From Isurus oxyrinchus (Eukaryota), in contig JANJGN010001723.1 in the NCBI GenBank assembly GCA_026770705.1, positions 62,001 through 113,693 on the forward strand: 51,693 nt of DNA, written 5' to 3'. The position numbers and the translations under genes are program-made. This document shows, one piece after another, positions 50,553-51,693 of the stretch. Each line of letters starts with the position of its first letter. Position 1 is the stretch's first letter. The notes under the pieces were generated by a model. The model was given only the letters and a program-made list of their open reading frames with translations. It was not told where the DNA came from and ran no database searches.

Positions 50553-51693
50553 GGGAGATTTACTCTGTATCTAACCCCGTGCTGTACCTGTCCTGGGAGT
50601 GTTTGATGGGGACAGTGTAGAGGGAGATTTACTCTGTATCTAACCCTGTGCTGTACCTGTCCTGGGAGTGTTTGATGGGGACAATGTAGAGGGAGCTTTA
50701 CTCTGTATCTAACCCCGTGCTGTACTTGACCTGGGAGTGTTTGATGGGGACAGTGTAGAGGGAGATTTACTCTGTATCTAACCCCGTGCTGTACCTGTCC
50801 CGGGAGTGTTTGATGGGGACAGTGTAGAGGGAGATTTACTCTGTATCTAACCCCGTGCTGTACCTGTCCTGGGAGTATTTGATGGGGACAGTGTCGAGGG
50901 AGATTTACTCTGTATCTAACCCCGTGCTGTACCTGTCCTGGGAGTGTTTGATGGGGACAGTGTAGAGGGAGATTTACTCTGTATCTAACACCGTGCTGTA
51001 CCTGTCCTGGGAGTGTTTGATGGGGACAGTGTAGAGGGAGATTTACTCTGTATCTAACCCCGTGTTGTACCTGTCCTGGGAGTGTATGATGGGGACAGCG
51101 TAGAGGGAGATTTACTCTGTATCTAACCCCATGCTGTACCTGTCCTGGGAGTGTTTGATGGTGACGGTGCAGAGGGAGATTTACTCTGTATCTAACCCCG
51201 TGCTGTACCTGTCCTGGGAGTGTTTGATGGGGACAGTGTAGAGGGAGATTTACTCTGTATCTAAACCTGTGCTGTACCTGTCCTGGGAGTGTTTGATGGG
51301 GACAGTGTAGAGGGAGATTTACTCTGTATCTAACCCCGCGCTGTACCTGTCCTGGGAGTGTTTGATGGGGACAGTGTAGAGGGAGATTTACTCTGTGAAT
51401 AACCCCGTGCTGTACCTGTCCTGGGAGTGTTTGATGGGGACAATGTAGAGGGAGATTTACTCTGTATCTAACCCCGTGCTGTACCTGTCCTGGAGTGTTT
51501 GATGGGGACAGTGTAGAGGGAGATTTACTCTGTATCTCACCCCGTGCTGTACCTGTCCTGGGAGTGTTTGATGGGGACAGTGTAGAGGGAGATTTACTCT
51601 GTATCTAACCCCATGCTGTACCTGTCCTGGGAGTGTTTGATGGGGACAGTGTAGAGGGAGCTTTACTCTGTATCTAACCCCGTGCTGTACCTG
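50553..51693. repeat. 69-bp satellite array 3, about 16.5 copies, running off the 3' end
   Basis: Same unit and orientation as arrays 1 and 2. Confidence 0.98.

Noticed and set aside
28597-51693. CRISPR-like appearance of the regular 69-, 56-, 66- and 31-bp repeats
   Set aside because: Units are head-to-tail with no unique spacers, there are no cas genes, and the context is vertebrate.

Overview
This is eukaryotic vertebrate DNA, very probably from a cartilaginous fish (shark or ray), judged from HE1/HER1-type SINE and CR1 sequences. About 80% of the window is tandem repeat. The main genic content is four small + strand exons (26539-26630, 27711-27755, 28446-28520, 32195-32218) that the ORF track does not report as a gene. 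They splice into an Fc receptor common gamma chain (FCER1G-like) ITAM adaptor: xALQPPEVCYVLDAALFVYGIVLTALYCRLK-LQMRKKASGQPSVYE-EIRGNQKDVYHELKSGKVESRKEMP-SRSLRCH*. No signal-peptide exon is visible, so the first 26 kb, a GA-rich ~40-bp satellite with kb-scale higher-order duplications, is probably intron 1. Each downstream intron carries a different minisatellite (80/81, 66 and 69 bp). Further downstream are: a 5'-truncated CR1 LINE whose 3' end is expanded into ~57 copies of a 56-bp unit; a candidate signal-peptide first exon of a second gene (37171); 66-bp, 31/32-bp and 19-bp minisatellites; and a decayed minus-strand Gmr1-type Gypsy LTR element (integrase upstream of RT) sitting in register inside a 69-bp satellite. 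That element carries nested insertions: a CR1/SINE tail, a SINE head and a hairpin element with a hammerhead-like core. Nearly all long ORFs in the supplied track are artefacts of stop-free repeat units. I see no convincing evidence of a wholly new biological system; the best leads are listed as findings.
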